DNA of 64,000 nt, from NCBI GenBank assembly GCA_030141605.1, contig JAQGDQ010000016.1:1242282-1306281 (forward strand). The letters run 5' to 3'. The notes beneath the pieces were generated by a model. It was not told the origin of the DNA. It searched no databases and saw only the letters and a program-made list of their open reading frames with translations. Below, piece after piece: positions 14,069 to 27,800 of this stretch (position 1 is the first letter of the stretch; each line of letters begins with the position of its first letter). The stretch is from Tubiluchus corallicola (lineage: Eukaryota; Animalia; Priapulida). The translations under genes and the position numbers were made by a program.

Positions 14069-15903
14069 CATCACGGAATAGTAAGCAGTATCAATAATGT
14101 GCACACGTTCCACACAGTGTTCGTTACATATGACAAACACATTTTTTAAAATTTATCCTGCAGACCTGCATACTTTACAGTTTAGTACTTTATGTAGTTG
14201 GTCATATTTACTGCCACTGATATTTATGACGAAGCAAAAAACCTTCATAAATCATAAACAATAATATCAAGTAATCAGGCCTCATATTATTTGAAAGGTT
14301 TCATCTATTTTATACAATCTGCATGCGAGCCAAAACTGTTTAAATAATAGTTTACATCAGTTCCATAATATTATTAATTTCACATATAACTGAAGGGTTT
14401 CACATTAAACTGCATGAAACACAATCATGTGGTGAATTGTTATTAGAGAAGAGTAATTTCAGGATAAACTTTACCTAAACTGACCTGGCTCGGTGGTGGT
14501 ATGCGATCGTGCCATTATTATTCGCTGGTATCAAATTACGAAGCGTCAATAAAATACAAAATTAGAAATTTTCTGCATCGTCGAAAATGGCTGCTAAACT
14601 CGCTGAATAGCTAGAGAATAATTTGACATATATCAGTAAAATCGAGGTGAATCCGTTGAGAAAAAACCGTAAAATATGAAAAAATAACCAAATATTTCGC
14701 TCCTACCCAATGAATAGTTTCACAAAATAAAAAATGTTCGTCCTGCTGTAGAAAGTTTGTAATAAATACACAATTAACTAGATACACTATAGATTTAATA
14801 ACCACTTATTTCGAAAGGTCTTAATTGTTCTGACTATTTAAATTACAGGCCAAAAAATAAAATAAAACAATGCATAGCTTCGTAATTTACGATACGTCGT
14901 GGTACAACGTACATAAACTACATAAACTAATTCACGTCGTTATCTAATTATATTGAACCATTAATATTGCTTTCTCTTACTTATATGTTTTTCAAGCTAA
15001 AGAAATAGCTTTTTGGTGCGTTATAAATCAAAAACTGTTTTAAGTTGTTTTGTGTCAACTTCATCTCAAAAACAGCAAAACTTCTGAACTAAATAAAACA
15101 GTAAACACTCTATAAGCACTAGGAAAATAAACTGTTACAAGCGTTTTGCAAAAATAAACTGTTACAAGCGTTTTGCAAAGACGGTGTTTTCTACACGTAA
15201 TTTTGCCCACAGATATTTTATCTGCAAAAAGCAACGAAACATAAGCTTATCATTGGTACTTGGCATTCTAATTAAGTAATATTTTTTATTTAAATAGGAC
15301 AGCATTAGTTTCCAAACTGCACAACAATATTGAAGCGATCTTCGCAAGAGTTTACTTAACTGACATCGTACTTGGTGCATTGACTTTAAGTCTAACTCCT
15401 GTGTACGACATATATAAAAATATATTTTATGTTTCTTATCAATGTGCCGCCTCTCCATATATTTATCCGGATGTTGTTACGTTTTTACTTTAGATAGAAA
15501 GTGATCTTGAACTACGCCGTTAGTTCCATTTTCCAAAATCAAAGGTAAAAAAGGTTTCACAGGCCCAACTGTTGGTTTTCTAGCTTCGCAGTATAGCAGA
15601 CATAACATATTTTAAAACAGAATGATCAGTTAAGGTGTATATGTACAGAGGGTGATCTGGTTACACTGTAAGAGCTGAGCAAATTTACGGATGCGTGAAA
15701 ATAAACAATAGATTTAATATGATAGCATTGTGAACAGAGATGGACAGCTCGTGGAACGAGGGTCATTTGTTTTTCCACTCGTTGTTGGTTTTGTCATTAA
15801 ATGCTGGTTAAATTCACAAGTGAGAACTTTAATTACCGTCACAGGGCTTTCTCGGGTTTATTTAAAGTTCACTGATTGTCTTCGTGTTAACTGTTGTTAA
15901 ATG

Positions 15904-16383
15904 CAGGGCCTATTTCAGCCTAAGCGAGGCCCCCTGGGGGGGGGGGGGGCGTTGGACGGGCGCCACCATGGTTGGCGCCCAGAAAATTTTTGAACTGCTA
16001 GAACGCCGGAGAAGTATTTTCGAAGAGAAAATATGAAGTTATACAGTTGTTAAAGGAAAGAACAATTGAAAGAAAAACTGCTTTATTCTCAAGACCAGTC
16101 CTTAATACTTGTCAAATAGTCAAATAAAAAACAACATCTTTGCAATATGTGATACCGTACTCTCTCACTTCCGTACAAGCCGGTGTTAGAAATTCCGAAA
16201 TTGAAAACAGCTGAACATCGCACCGAGCCGCTCAAGGCAAACGGCGCGCGTGCGGCAAGAGAGAGGGAGAGAGGAGACAGTATGTTCGCAAAAAGCAAAA
16301 AAAATGTTACTTCGGCGCGAGGCCCCCCTGGAAGGAGAGGCCCCAGGGAAGTAACCCACTCCCCCCCCCTGAAATAGGCCCTG
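15904..16383. mobile_element. hAT-family MITE (young)
   Basis: Perfect 15-bp TIR CAGGGCCTATTTCAG/CTGAAATAGGCCCTG and perfect 8-bp TSD GTTAAATG. Confidence 0.93.
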
Positions 16384-16604
16384 GTTAAATGTATGTAATT
16401 AAAATATAACTGGTTAGTTAATTATGTCTGCCTTCATGTTTTTTTGTTAAGTAGCAGTTCAGTAACTCTCGTGGTGATATTGAGAAAAATGATTTACGTG
16501 GTGCGTGCTGCTAAAATATTGCATGTACACAGCACAGGTACAATACATTCTTAGACATTTTGGTTACTCTGCAGAAAAGAGTGACCAGAGCTATAAATAA
16601 ATAC

Positions 16605-16930
16605 CCCAATAAGTCTTCTCTTAATGTACAAAGTAGTTCAATTCCTTCAACTTTACTTTCAAACACTTAACTATCTGTTACTGTATCAATTTCTTTTCTT
16701 CAGGTCTGCTTAATCATTACCTATTTGGCTTTTGTTAACTACTTAATTAGTGCATAATAGACTCTGCCTATATGAACTGGTTGCATGTTTGTAAAATTAC
16801 CACTGGTGATGACAGCAGCAGCTTGTCGAAACGTTTGGTATGATTTTAGCAATTTAAAGTAAAAGTTTTAATACCGTTGTATTGCTTTTAAAGTTCTATA
16901 AATGTTTTTAAGTGTCTGTAATAAAAATTA
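16605..16930 (+). mobile_element. Penelope-like element 3' remnant with degenerate hammerhead
   Basis: NKSSLNVQSSSIPSTLL* resembles the PxLNxQ end of PLE GIY-YIG endonucleases; followed by a hammerhead-like motif at 16798-16840. Confidence 0.5.
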
Positions 16931-17909
16931 ACTTCGTTATTTTGTAGATTTACTTGCCTTCCTCGTCACAGTAGGGAATATGTGTTTTTTTACTGTTACA
17001 TAAGAGGAAGTGATTAAGAAAAGGCATAGGTTCGAGAAGTGATCTTTTCCCTAACTAACACTGTTTAAATGTAACAAAGAATGTATGCCTAGCGATTATA
17101 TAAAGCATTACTTGTAACACAAATTGCAAATAAAAATGTAAATTACTTTTGTGTAGGCTAAACGTCTTTTAGAAATGTGTACATAAAACTAATTCCTAAG
17201 CTTCACGTCGCAAAAAGGATGGCTAAAATTTTACTATGAATATATTCATCAACTCAGCAAGCCAAACAAAGGTGTAAGCTATATAATGTTCTACAGATTC
17301 GCTCGCTATTTGCCTTACGATATATCCTTTGCATAGGGAAGAGTACGCTTACAACAGAATTATGTGTTAGAAATTAGAATGTTAATATATATTTATTTTA
17401 CAGTGCAACTTATTATAATGGATACTCCCACGAATCACGGTGAGCAACGTCAACGATGCCCAGACTTTCAAATACGAGTTCTGTCCAATTCAAATCATGT
17501 AATGTTGCTGATTACGAGAATTTCGCACATTATCGCCTTGCATCATCCAAAATAGTCGAAACCCTAACATTCCACGCCAATGAGTCACGCGAAACTTGAT
17601 TTACTGCACTGTCTGCTACCTTTTCTTTTACCCCTGTAAATTGATTTATTACTGGCGCCCATACAGAACCCGTTATCAGTTCAAAATTTGTGTCAGACTT
17701 CCACTGTCATCTACCCAGTGGACAATAAGAAGCCTGTAGCTATTTGCATTATAATGGTGAGCTGGCATCATTGCGTACGGTCACATGCAAATCTTGTTCC
17801 AGGAATTTCTGGTCGAAAGACTTGACCCGAATACTCATCTGGATGTTATTTTTGTTGTCCTTGTTGGAATTGGATAAGAGGCTGTGTAACCAACATTTAC
17901 AATAGTAAT

Positions 17910-18545
17910 TATAATAACAATAATTTCGTTTAGGACATAAGCCAGGTAATCCACCGTAGGTAATTCAATACTTATTTCCGTGGTGGTTCCAGTTATTACC
18001 CGCATGCGGAGCTGGATTATGGCTTTTTGGGGCCCCTACGTTAATGAAATTATGGGGCACCCTCAGACGAAGCCACCCCTACCTCGCCGCATCCGTCTTG
18101 AATATTTTTTTACTTGTGATATAGTTTAGCGACATTTAAGTAGGTTGAAATAAACTTATTGCAAATTCTTTAAATAAACCAGAATAGCATGTCTTTTGTT
18201 TGTCAATAAAAATATTCTTTAAAAGAAATATCCCTATTTTAGTATTTATTGCCAACCAAATTAGCATATATTCCAACATAACCGTAGTGAAAAACACAAA
18301 TGTCAACCAAAGTTTGAAAGCTCCCCCCCCCCCAAGCATGAGCAGTTCTAGGCTGCAACCTACGCTGGCCTGTTGGATAATCCAGTCCTGCCCGCATGTT
18401 ACTTCGATAATCATAAACACGTACGCTTATCAAAGAAGAACCATCGGTACCATTTTTAAATCTTTGGAATTTTTAAATCTGGACAGTTGGCCCGCAATCT
18501 CCACGGTAGTAAGCGAGCACGTTACCACTGAGCTATTCCCACACC
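17910..18545 (-). mobile_element. tRNA-derived SINE (same family as 20510-20750), interrupted by a MITE
   Basis: Shares TTTCGTTTAGGACATA, GAAGAACCA.CGGTACCATTTT and AAGCGAGCACG.TACCA.TGAGCTA with the 20.5-kb copy. Confidence 0.75.
18007..18390. mobile_element. hAT-family MITE nested in a SINE
   Basis: Ends CGGAGCTGGATTAT/ATAATCCAGTCCTG and perfect 8-bp TSD CCCGCATG (17999-18006, 18391-18398). Confidence 0.85.
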
Positions 18546-19661
18546 CAATAACTATAGACAAGTCAATAATGTTCCATCTAGCAGCAGTGTAACTGCACAG
18601 CTAAATAACACAAGGAGGACGTTTTCAACAGAACGACTGAACTACACCAAACAACAGGGGCAACTTTTGTAGATGGTGTGGTGCTGGTAGGAAGAGAACC
18701 TTTCATGAATGATAATCCTCTGCGATTTCAAATTAGGCACTCATATTGCGAACTAGCAACAGTTAACGTGGCAGTAGTAAGGCATTAAAGTTATTATGAA
18801 GTTCCAAGTAGGGTATGGAAGTTATTATAATTTTTGGTTTCGATGCTTAATAAATTACTTAATAAAAAGCTGATTCGACTCCAATGTTTACATTGGAACT
18901 GGAAGTGGTGCTGAATTGTGAATGTGTGTGTAACGTATTTTGTTAATCATGTTTACTATTGACAAGCTATCAGCATAGTAGTGTTAGTTTTTTGCTGGAT
19001 TCACTGCTATGTTTACCTGTATTGAGAGCAGATTTCTTTTATTTTAGAATTCTCCCTGTCCACTACAACATGTGGTTGTTTCTTCTCCTCTTTTCCTTCT
19101 TCCTATCCCTAATCTTACTATTTTTTTCCATTCCATCATTTCTTCTTGCCCCAACCATTCTTTCATTCTCTCATTTCCTGTCACCTCAACAAGCCAAGCT
19201 TTCAAGGTGTCATACAGCAACTCTTTTATTTGGTTAATTTGACTTCATCAACGTTTTTTAACCTATACTGTTTCTTTTTTTTCAATAATTTTGTACGTTG
19301 ATGTATTGTATATGTATTGCTGGAGTGAAATAAATTGATTTTGATTTTTGAACATAGTCGTAATGGGAATAAACTATAATGATACGATGATGAATGTTTA
19401 CAGGTTCTAAACTGTACTTTGCTCATCGGCTTTACTAGAAAACCTGTATACAGAGTTTGTATTGTTTTTGTATATTTTTGTAACTACAACACTTAGTGAA
19501 AACACATCGTGAAATCAGACGCGCCATACATTCTTGCTTTCAATGCCAGCTGGAGCCTGGGTCAGTTGCTTAGCGATAAATAACCTAAATTTGTTAATGT
19601 AAGTCACTACGGTTGCTAGATGGAGACTTACTTTTTGCATCAGACTGAATAACAATAAAAA

Positions 19662-19724
<63 letters not shown>

Positions 19725-19802
19725 CAGCAGTAGCAGTAGCAGTAGCAGTAGCAGTAGCAGCATCAGCAGCAGCAGCAGCAGCAGTAGTAATAATAATAAT
19801 AA
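19662..19802. repeat. Compound (TAG)n/(CAG)n/(TAA)n microsatellite
   Basis: Directly visible. Confidence 0.95.
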
Positions 19803-20509
19803 CTTGTAATTCATAATGGATCTATTTCAGATATTTTAGTATAATACAAGTACTGTCATAATATTCATTCACAGACCAGTTAGCTCAAGGGAAAAGAATT
19901 TTCACCTCAAAAACTGCTATATATATATATATTATTTATATATCATCTATATATACATTTATTTGCATATTATAATGCCATACATTGACAAGTTAGTATG
20001 ATGGTAGCAATGTAAATTACTAAAGTAATTAATTAATTGAACAAAAGTGTTAGATACATAGTTTCAATTTCATCGTACGTAAATTCGGGTATTAATATTT
20101 CGTTGTTCAACGTTCAATAAAATTCACGTGCTACTACTAATCCGATCATTGCAACCATAATTATTGTCATAATAACGTAGAAAAATTTTATTCTTTCCCA
20201 ACGTTGTTAAGCTATTCTGAGTATTTAAGACTGACAATGCACGCAAGAGTTCATTTTTAGAGTTATCAATTGATTTCGATAGATTCAGAGCACGTTTAAC
20301 AATTATCTTTGTAAGAGGATACGTGTCTGCAAAGCATGTTGTCATACTACAATGAGAATTCCTTGGAAAAACACGGCGTAAAATTTTTCTATATTCCATT
20401 GCTAATGGATCGTTATTGTCTGTTAACTCAAATATTGAGCTACCATAGAAAAATGTATAGCAAAAAATATGAAGATAACAATTTCATTAAAGCAGATTTA
20501 TTAGTTATT

Positions 20510-20750
20510 AGTAATAATAATAATTTCGTTTAGGACATAGTCCAGGGATATCACCTTAAGTAACTCAATACTTTTCAAGATGGTCCCGATTACCCGTTCA
20601 AGGTGGTCCACGTACTACGATAAGTACGTGTGCTTGGTTGAAGAACCAGCGGTACCATTTTCAAGTATTTGGTATGACTCGGTCGGGAGTTGAACCCGTG
20701 ACCTCCGGAGTGAGAAGCGAGCACGCTACCATTGAGCTACACCACCCGGT
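20510..20750 (-). mobile_element. tRNA-derived SINE, probably MetaSINE-type
   Basis: Minus strand reads GGTGTAGCTCAATGGTAG (A box), GGTTCAACTCC (B box), then CCGAGTCATACCAAATACTTGAAAATGGTACC, which resembles the Meta domain as I recall it, and ends in an (ATT)n tail. Confidence 0.8.
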
Positions 20751-20799
20751 AAGTAACAGTTAAAAAAGGATGAAAGTGAATTAGCAGCTGTAAAGCCAC

Positions 20800-21155
20800 T
20801 TTTGAAATATATGACATCCAGTGATTGATTTAAATCATAGGTGACAATACGCCCTAAGTGATTAACACTATCGTGCCATTTTAATACTTTTCCATTAATT
20901 TCAATATTAGTTACATTAGCATGTTTTCATTTTCTGAATAGAATCATTTTCGGTGGCAAACTCCCTGCATCTTTTAATCATCTTTTTTGAAGCATTTACA
21001 GACGGAGCAAGGAGAGTTACGTCGTCCGCGTAACCAGTCGCCCCGACAAATTGGTTTAGCAAGTAACATTCTAATCTGCTTTTTTAGCTTATGTAGTAGA
21101 TCATTAATATATACCGTGAACAAAATCAAAGAAAGCATGCTGCCTTGTCTTATTC
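20800..21155 (-). mobile_element. Non-LTR retrotransposon RT fragment (RTEX-like)
   Basis: Translates, with frameshifts, to RQGSMLSLILFTVYINDLL...FVGATGYADDVTLLAPSVNA...HLGRIVT. Confidence 0.8.
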
Positions 21156-24100
21156 AGTGAGTCGGCAGTATCACAGGTCACGTGACGCAAGTAAGCAATA
21201 GCTACCCTGCATCTTTATTCGAATAGCTCACAGCGCAAAAAAAGCTTCGTGCCAATCTAAAGGCGAACTATTCTGCGTTTCAGCGTTGCACGGCAATTAA
21301 AATCTCCACCGAACTTTCGTGTTGAACTGCAAACGTGAGCATTACATACAAATAAGATCTTGGAAATGTGGTATAACTTTTCCACCTAGACATTTCATAC
21401 TCAACATGCAGCTGGTCTTTTCTTGTCCTTTAAATGATCGGTTGTGTCCGAGTTTCACCACTTTTTGAGGATGCGGTAACTGTAATGTTATTTCAACATT
21501 TTTAACGTGCAGTTAACTTAGGAATTAATTACAGCCTATAAACTGTTAGCTCAGCTCTTTAAAAAACGAGCCCACTTCCTAAATTCCCATTTCCAGAATG
21601 GCTTAATAAAATTACAGGTCAATCGGGTAAACGATAATAATTTTGCACTTTTTTGAAAGCGACTTGCTGCTCCTGTTCTAATAGCATAAACACTGCAGCA
21701 AATAACAAAAAGTCATATTATGAATGTACATATTATTGCGCTTTTTACTCATAATTGTGGAGCAGCTTTCATCGATTCAATGGCATGCAGCATCGTTATT
21801 AATATATCCCTGGAACAGGATATGATCACATATTATGAGTCTTCTCTTCCTGGAGGTAACTTAAATTAATGACTTGCGTAACAGTAGTATAGATAGACAT
21901 TTCGCACCACAGAAAAATCGTATAATACTGCGCGCTACAGTCAAGCACGCAATTCTGCATAATTTTACATAATTCCAGACACATTTTAGATAAATTCCCA
22001 CAAAGTTAGTCACATGTATCATGATGTATGTCGTTTGGTAAAACTAAAAACACTTACCGTAAAAAAATTATAACATTTCCGCCAAGAATTTTTCCCATCC
22101 ACCATTAGACAGCAATGCCAGCTTACAGCTATGAAGGTAGGGTTACCAAATTAACGTATTTTCAACAAGCATGAAGTTCTAGCAATCTTTGACAAAACGT
22201 CGCCCTGCGGTCACTTTTAATCAACTGGACCTTATGTCGTATTGTTGTTTTGTTAACTCGCCAGTGAGCATTTCGTCGTCTGCTGATTGCACCTGTTGCG
22301 CTCAGGTGAAGATGCTTAGCTTCCGGCTTCAGCGAATGAATGTTGAAACCTCCTCTGGCTGAATCAACGAAGCTGTAATCAGATACAGCGCCACACTGTG
22401 GCAAATACTCTAAACATTGTACATGCAGAACCAAGCCGTCTGTGTACACTTCACATTTTCATAGCAAATTTCCTTCAATAAAATAATGCAAATGTTATGT
22501 GAAATTTAATATGAAAAGTTTGTATGTTTGTGAATGTCCTTATTGGATATTACATTCTCTGATATATTCCGTATAATTAAATAATCGTTTTATACTTTTT
22601 TGTTTGCATTTAGACACATTTGTCGTGAAACAGTGTTATTATTTTAACATTATGACTATAATGTTGAGGCTTACTCAGTTTTATTGTAAAAACAATGAAT
22701 CATTTTAATGAGAAATAAAATACTACTACTACTAATAATAAATGCCTAGGCGTTCAATGAGGGTGCCAATAGGAAGGAAAAAATTTACTATTTGTATAAA
22801 AGAGGACGTCTTATGATCAATTCTAATGTGCAATTCAGAGCCAATGCTAATGTATCAGGTTTTTAATTTACAGGCCAATGTTAAAGGAAAACAGGATAAT
22901 TCTTCATATATTGCTCCATTTTCAGGTCAGATAAAAAGTATGCATTTTAACAGAGTTAATACTGCGAAAATTGTTTCTGATAACCAAGTAATAGATTTTA
23001 AACTTAATTAACGGCAGACGAGCACAACTATTCATGACATCACAAACTAAAATAATTTTCAACAACAAAATCTTTCCATGAGTACGTTGCACAGTTTGTT
23101 AAAGCGAAAATTGAAGTACAGTGCTACTGTAAGATTTCAGTGTGCTGTACTAAAATTAGGCAAGCTCTAAGATAAAAATTCACATTTCAAATTCACCTCT
23201 GTGCTCACACATAAGCTGTCTAACGTGTGTAGTTTGTCACAAACTAACACATGTAAACTGATAGGTACAGCACCTGTTTTTGTACAATGTATTTCCGAAA
23301 TACAGACGCTACTGCCCATCCAACTACGAATGGCAAACAGCAAGGAACTAGTGACGCGAAAGCGAAATTGTGTTTGTGTGGTGGTAATAATTGTTTCACG
23401 TAAGTCACTTTTGAAAAAAAGTATGTTTCCTTTGAATATTTTAAAGAGTAGTTTGTTTTGACCTACAGTTTAAGATTGGGTCCAGTTTTGCTTTAAGAAT
23501 TTAGTGCTCAGACATAGCTTTATTTCTCACACTTTTATGTATTATGTACCAGTTTGAAACTTCAACATTTTTCCAAAAATGCAAAAAGTGACAAATTTAG
23601 ACAATATACAAGTACAGATTTAATTTATATATTATTTAATTGGTATGTCGGACACATGAAAATCAACATGTTTTTTCAAAATATTCAGCATTAGTCTTTT
23701 TGAGTTTGCCTTCAACTCATATTATTGTCATTTGTCTCTTACTAAAAAATCAGTTACGTTCACTTAAGAACTCAAATTAATTAGAAGCTTCTGAATAAAC
23801 TACACGGGTTTCCTCTTTACGAAACATTAGAAAAACCACAAAAGCTTATGATGTTTTCTGGGACCATGATGACGTGGCTTGATTCTGATTATGTAAGTAA
23901 TCTGATTATGCTATGACGTATAATATAATATGGCTTGATGTATATAATTCTGATTATGCTATGACATGTATAATATAATAAAGACAGATTTTACTATTGC
24001 GAGTCAGCAGAGAGATAGCTTGTAAAAGCATCAGTAGAAAGAAATGGAAAGCAAAATACGTTCAAATAAATACAATCAAATTGAAAATATTCGTCATTTC

Positions 24101-24898
24101 TGACAACCAAAAATACGTGTATTATTGTGCTGACATGATAATAAAGATGACTGAGACATCAAATACACCTTGCAAGACTGAAGACAATTTCAGACAATAT
24201 TACATACGCAATAGATTACATAGGTCCCCATATTGATTTGATTACTGAGTGTAATCCGTAATAGGATACCCTGAACCTAGACCTGTGTGTGCATTTTCAA
24301 TGAAATCAAATAACATGTATCCCCTAAAATACAACCACAAACATAAATGCAGGCCATATGAGTGCTTGATAAAGACACATAGAAAACATATGTGCAACAG
24401 TAATACAAAAACTGTGCTTAAATCAAGTCATCTAAACCAAAAATCATTAGTATTCTTCAAGGTTATATACAGATGTAACCAACATTTCACTAGTGGCACA
24501 CAGTGTTTTCTAGGAACTTAATTTCTTAGTACAGATCTGTTTAGAAGTTACGAAAATATCCCTAGTCTATTGCTTCAGACTTAAAAGTAATTTTTTATAA
24601 TATCAACTTATACAGGAACTATTCTTCAAGAAATGGACTATGACCCCCCTATTGTTTGGAAAGCTTCTCGGATCTTATCCTAAATACTGCACATTTCAAG
24701 CAATTTGTGAGACAAATTGTGGTCATCCCCAATAACAGAACAGGTTTGAATAAGAGCCTGGCATATGACACTCTGTGCCATCACCTTTGCAGAAAATGCT
24801 AAAATTAAAATTATTTACACAACTATAGCTATATGGAAAAGGGAAGAGTTAAGTGGTGTAGCCACGACTAAGCTTGCATTACAAGTAATGGGTTTAAA

Positions 24899-27800
24899 TT
24901 AGTCGAGAATGACGACTTGATCCGAGCGTCCAAAACCGGGAGTTTTCACGTTCACTCTTCGCCACGGTTTGCGAGCGATCTTTCTCAGTTCGATTCCAGT
25001 CAACTGTTTACGAACTTTCCTAAAAATAAGAAACAGCTCGAGCATAGGATACAAAACGCGATGAATATACATCTACTGCTTTTAAATTTTAATATTTCTA
25101 TTGTTTATAACACAAGTATGTCAACGAAATCTGGTAAAAAAATTCCATGTAACAAACCTAGTATTATCAGTAGCATGGAAGTAGACATCATCGGGAGCCT
25201 CAACCCAGTTCAGTAAGTGTCTTTTTCCTGCGCGGTTCATCGAGATTTTATCCCGTCCGTTGAATCCATGTGCACCCATTCCCATCATAGCCTGCAGTCG
25301 CTGGGCACCGTACACGGCACTGGGACGCTGGAGAATTTGCCCAGTCTGAGGACTAGGAGCCAACACAGGACGCTTTGCTGGATGACCTATTAAAACAAAA
25401 AAGCAATGACTGTTATGGGCGATGTGACATTAATTTGCAATATCATGTACCTAATAAGAGGCTTACAGCATCTTTAATATAACTGTCAACACTGGACAAT
25501 GGTTTGCAGACAATCACTAAAATAACTTGGGAAATTAAACTTGTAAATGTAAGAAATGTAAAAATGTAAAGCCGAGAATCGAACATTTTATCGACTGTGT
25601 TCAACTGAATATAATCCAATTCACAATTCAATCCAACTAACAATTACGTTGAGTGTACGTACTCCCCTTTAAACAAGAAAATTCTGTAACAATGAGCAAC
25701 AGTCATTTTCCTCTGTAACCTATTGCATTTTTCATTATGACCGTCACTTGACCCCTGACTAGATCATCATCTAGCATTTCTTTGCTACTTGGTACAATGC
25801 AATGAAACGTGTCATACAGAAACAAATATATTCAGTTTTCAGCAACATGATGGTCACCTCGTATAAGGTTTCTTTGCCGTCTTTTTCAATTATTGATTAA
25901 ATACAGCGGATTGGTTGGCTATTTTTGTCAAACCTCAACTACATCTTCTCATGGTCCTTAAGAAAAACTGATAAGCGATTGCCAATGTATTGACAAGCCA
26001 AGAAGGAACATGTAAGTTTTCGACAAGAGGCTGGTTAATAGTTGTACATTGATTTGCAGTTTTCCATCTGTCTTCAGGTCAGTCTTTTATCCTCTGTCCA
26101 TTAGTGCTCACTTAACAGAATCTGATAAATGCTTGACAGAGTTTGGACAAAATCGTTGACATGTTCTAGCGCAAAAGCATCCTAAGGAACATCTCATCGT
26201 TCAAGTTTCGGACAATTATTGAAAATGTAGGTTTTACTTTGAAGGCAAAAAATTTATAAGTACTTGGGAACATAAAGCATAAAAACAATTTTTAATCGAT
26301 GATAAATGATCTGAACGCTAAATGGAATAAAAAATTACAAAATCTTAACACTAAGTTAATTCAATACGAGCTAATCCCAAACACAACCCTTCATTTATCT
26401 AATAGTACAGTATTAATGGCAGTGAGGGGTGGGGCACTCATTTTAAGCTGAAATCTTTAATAACAATGTAACTGCTGCTTACGATAATAGAAGCCGGGAG
26501 CTTAAATACAAAATTTTGTAGATTTATTCTATGAGTTAGCAATAAATTTAATACGAGCGCAGTACAGGGCGAACTTGGCAAATAGCCCATTGGTATAAAT
26601 ATAATCTGTAGAATATAATCGGTATAAATAATTGGCTACTGGATAAGTCTAATCAATGTGATAAACAAAATGGAGAAAAAGTTTCACTGATATTTTAAGC
26701 TTAAATGTCCTGCCTTTACATCTATGAATAATGATGACAGACACTTGTTTTCGGCAGGAAGTGGCAATCAAAAAACATTACTAGTTGTTTGTAATTTAAT
26801 ACGCAAACGTTTTCTAAATAGGAAGGATTTACGGAATTTAATATTTATACATTTTATTGTTACCTGATTTTGTTAAAGTGTTACTTGTGTATGTATAGTT
26901 GGGTTTATGGCATACATCAGGGTTTGATGTTGTTTTATAATATGTTATGTATCAATTTGTACTTATATTTCTTTTTGGCATTTTGTACGTAATGACCATG
27001 CACTCTGATAAATACACTTTCATTCAATAAATTATTTAAAATATTCAGATGATAATTAGTGTGATAATAATTTGAATTTTTTTCTCTCGACTCAGTATTT
27101 CTTCCTCCATAGAATGGTGTTGGTCCCATGTAAAATTGTGGTTGTGTACGCAAGAGATAGAAAACATGTTTATTTTTAAAAAAACAAAACAATTATTTTA
27201 TCGTCTGTTTATCGTACCAACCTTGCCGTTTTAATTTTACTTTAGTCAAAATGATTAATCAGACAATAAACTTACTTAAAGGACAAAAAACTTTACTTAC
27301 ATAAAACTAAAAAAATCACCTTGAAATTTTGTATCACCTACATGCTGTCTTATTGCGTACAGAGCTTGTATTAGCAGCATCGCTAGATAAAACTTGAAAA
27401 CTCCCGCGACGACCATCAGGTACAGCCATTTTAATGGCAGGTCATTTAAAATAAGTTGAAAAAATAATCAGAGCATTCGTAGCGCACATTTCACTAACTG
27501 AACAAAGGTACAAATTGCTGAAACTTGTCAAAAAGATTAAAAATAAGTTTTTTTTGGCGAGTTAGAAGTGCAAACTTGAAGGGTGAGCCAATGACATTTT
27601 ACCAATTGGTGGCGAGAACACTACAATTTTCTTTCCCACTTACATACATTTTTCAACTAAGCATGATGCAAAGTGCTATAACTTTGTGTGGCAAGTTTTT
27701 TGGGATTTAAAACTGCTCGTTATTCCACTTTAATTTCAAGCACCAGACTGATCTACTCAATATCACATTCCAAGAAACTAATCTAAGGAAACTTACCATC

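Noticed and set aside
20680-20750. Functional tRNA gene
   Set aside because: Poor acceptor stem; continues into a SINE body and tail, with a second decayed copy nearby.
27340-27435. Extra MTA exon in intron 10
   Set aside because: Short open frame but no suitable upstream AG acceptor.
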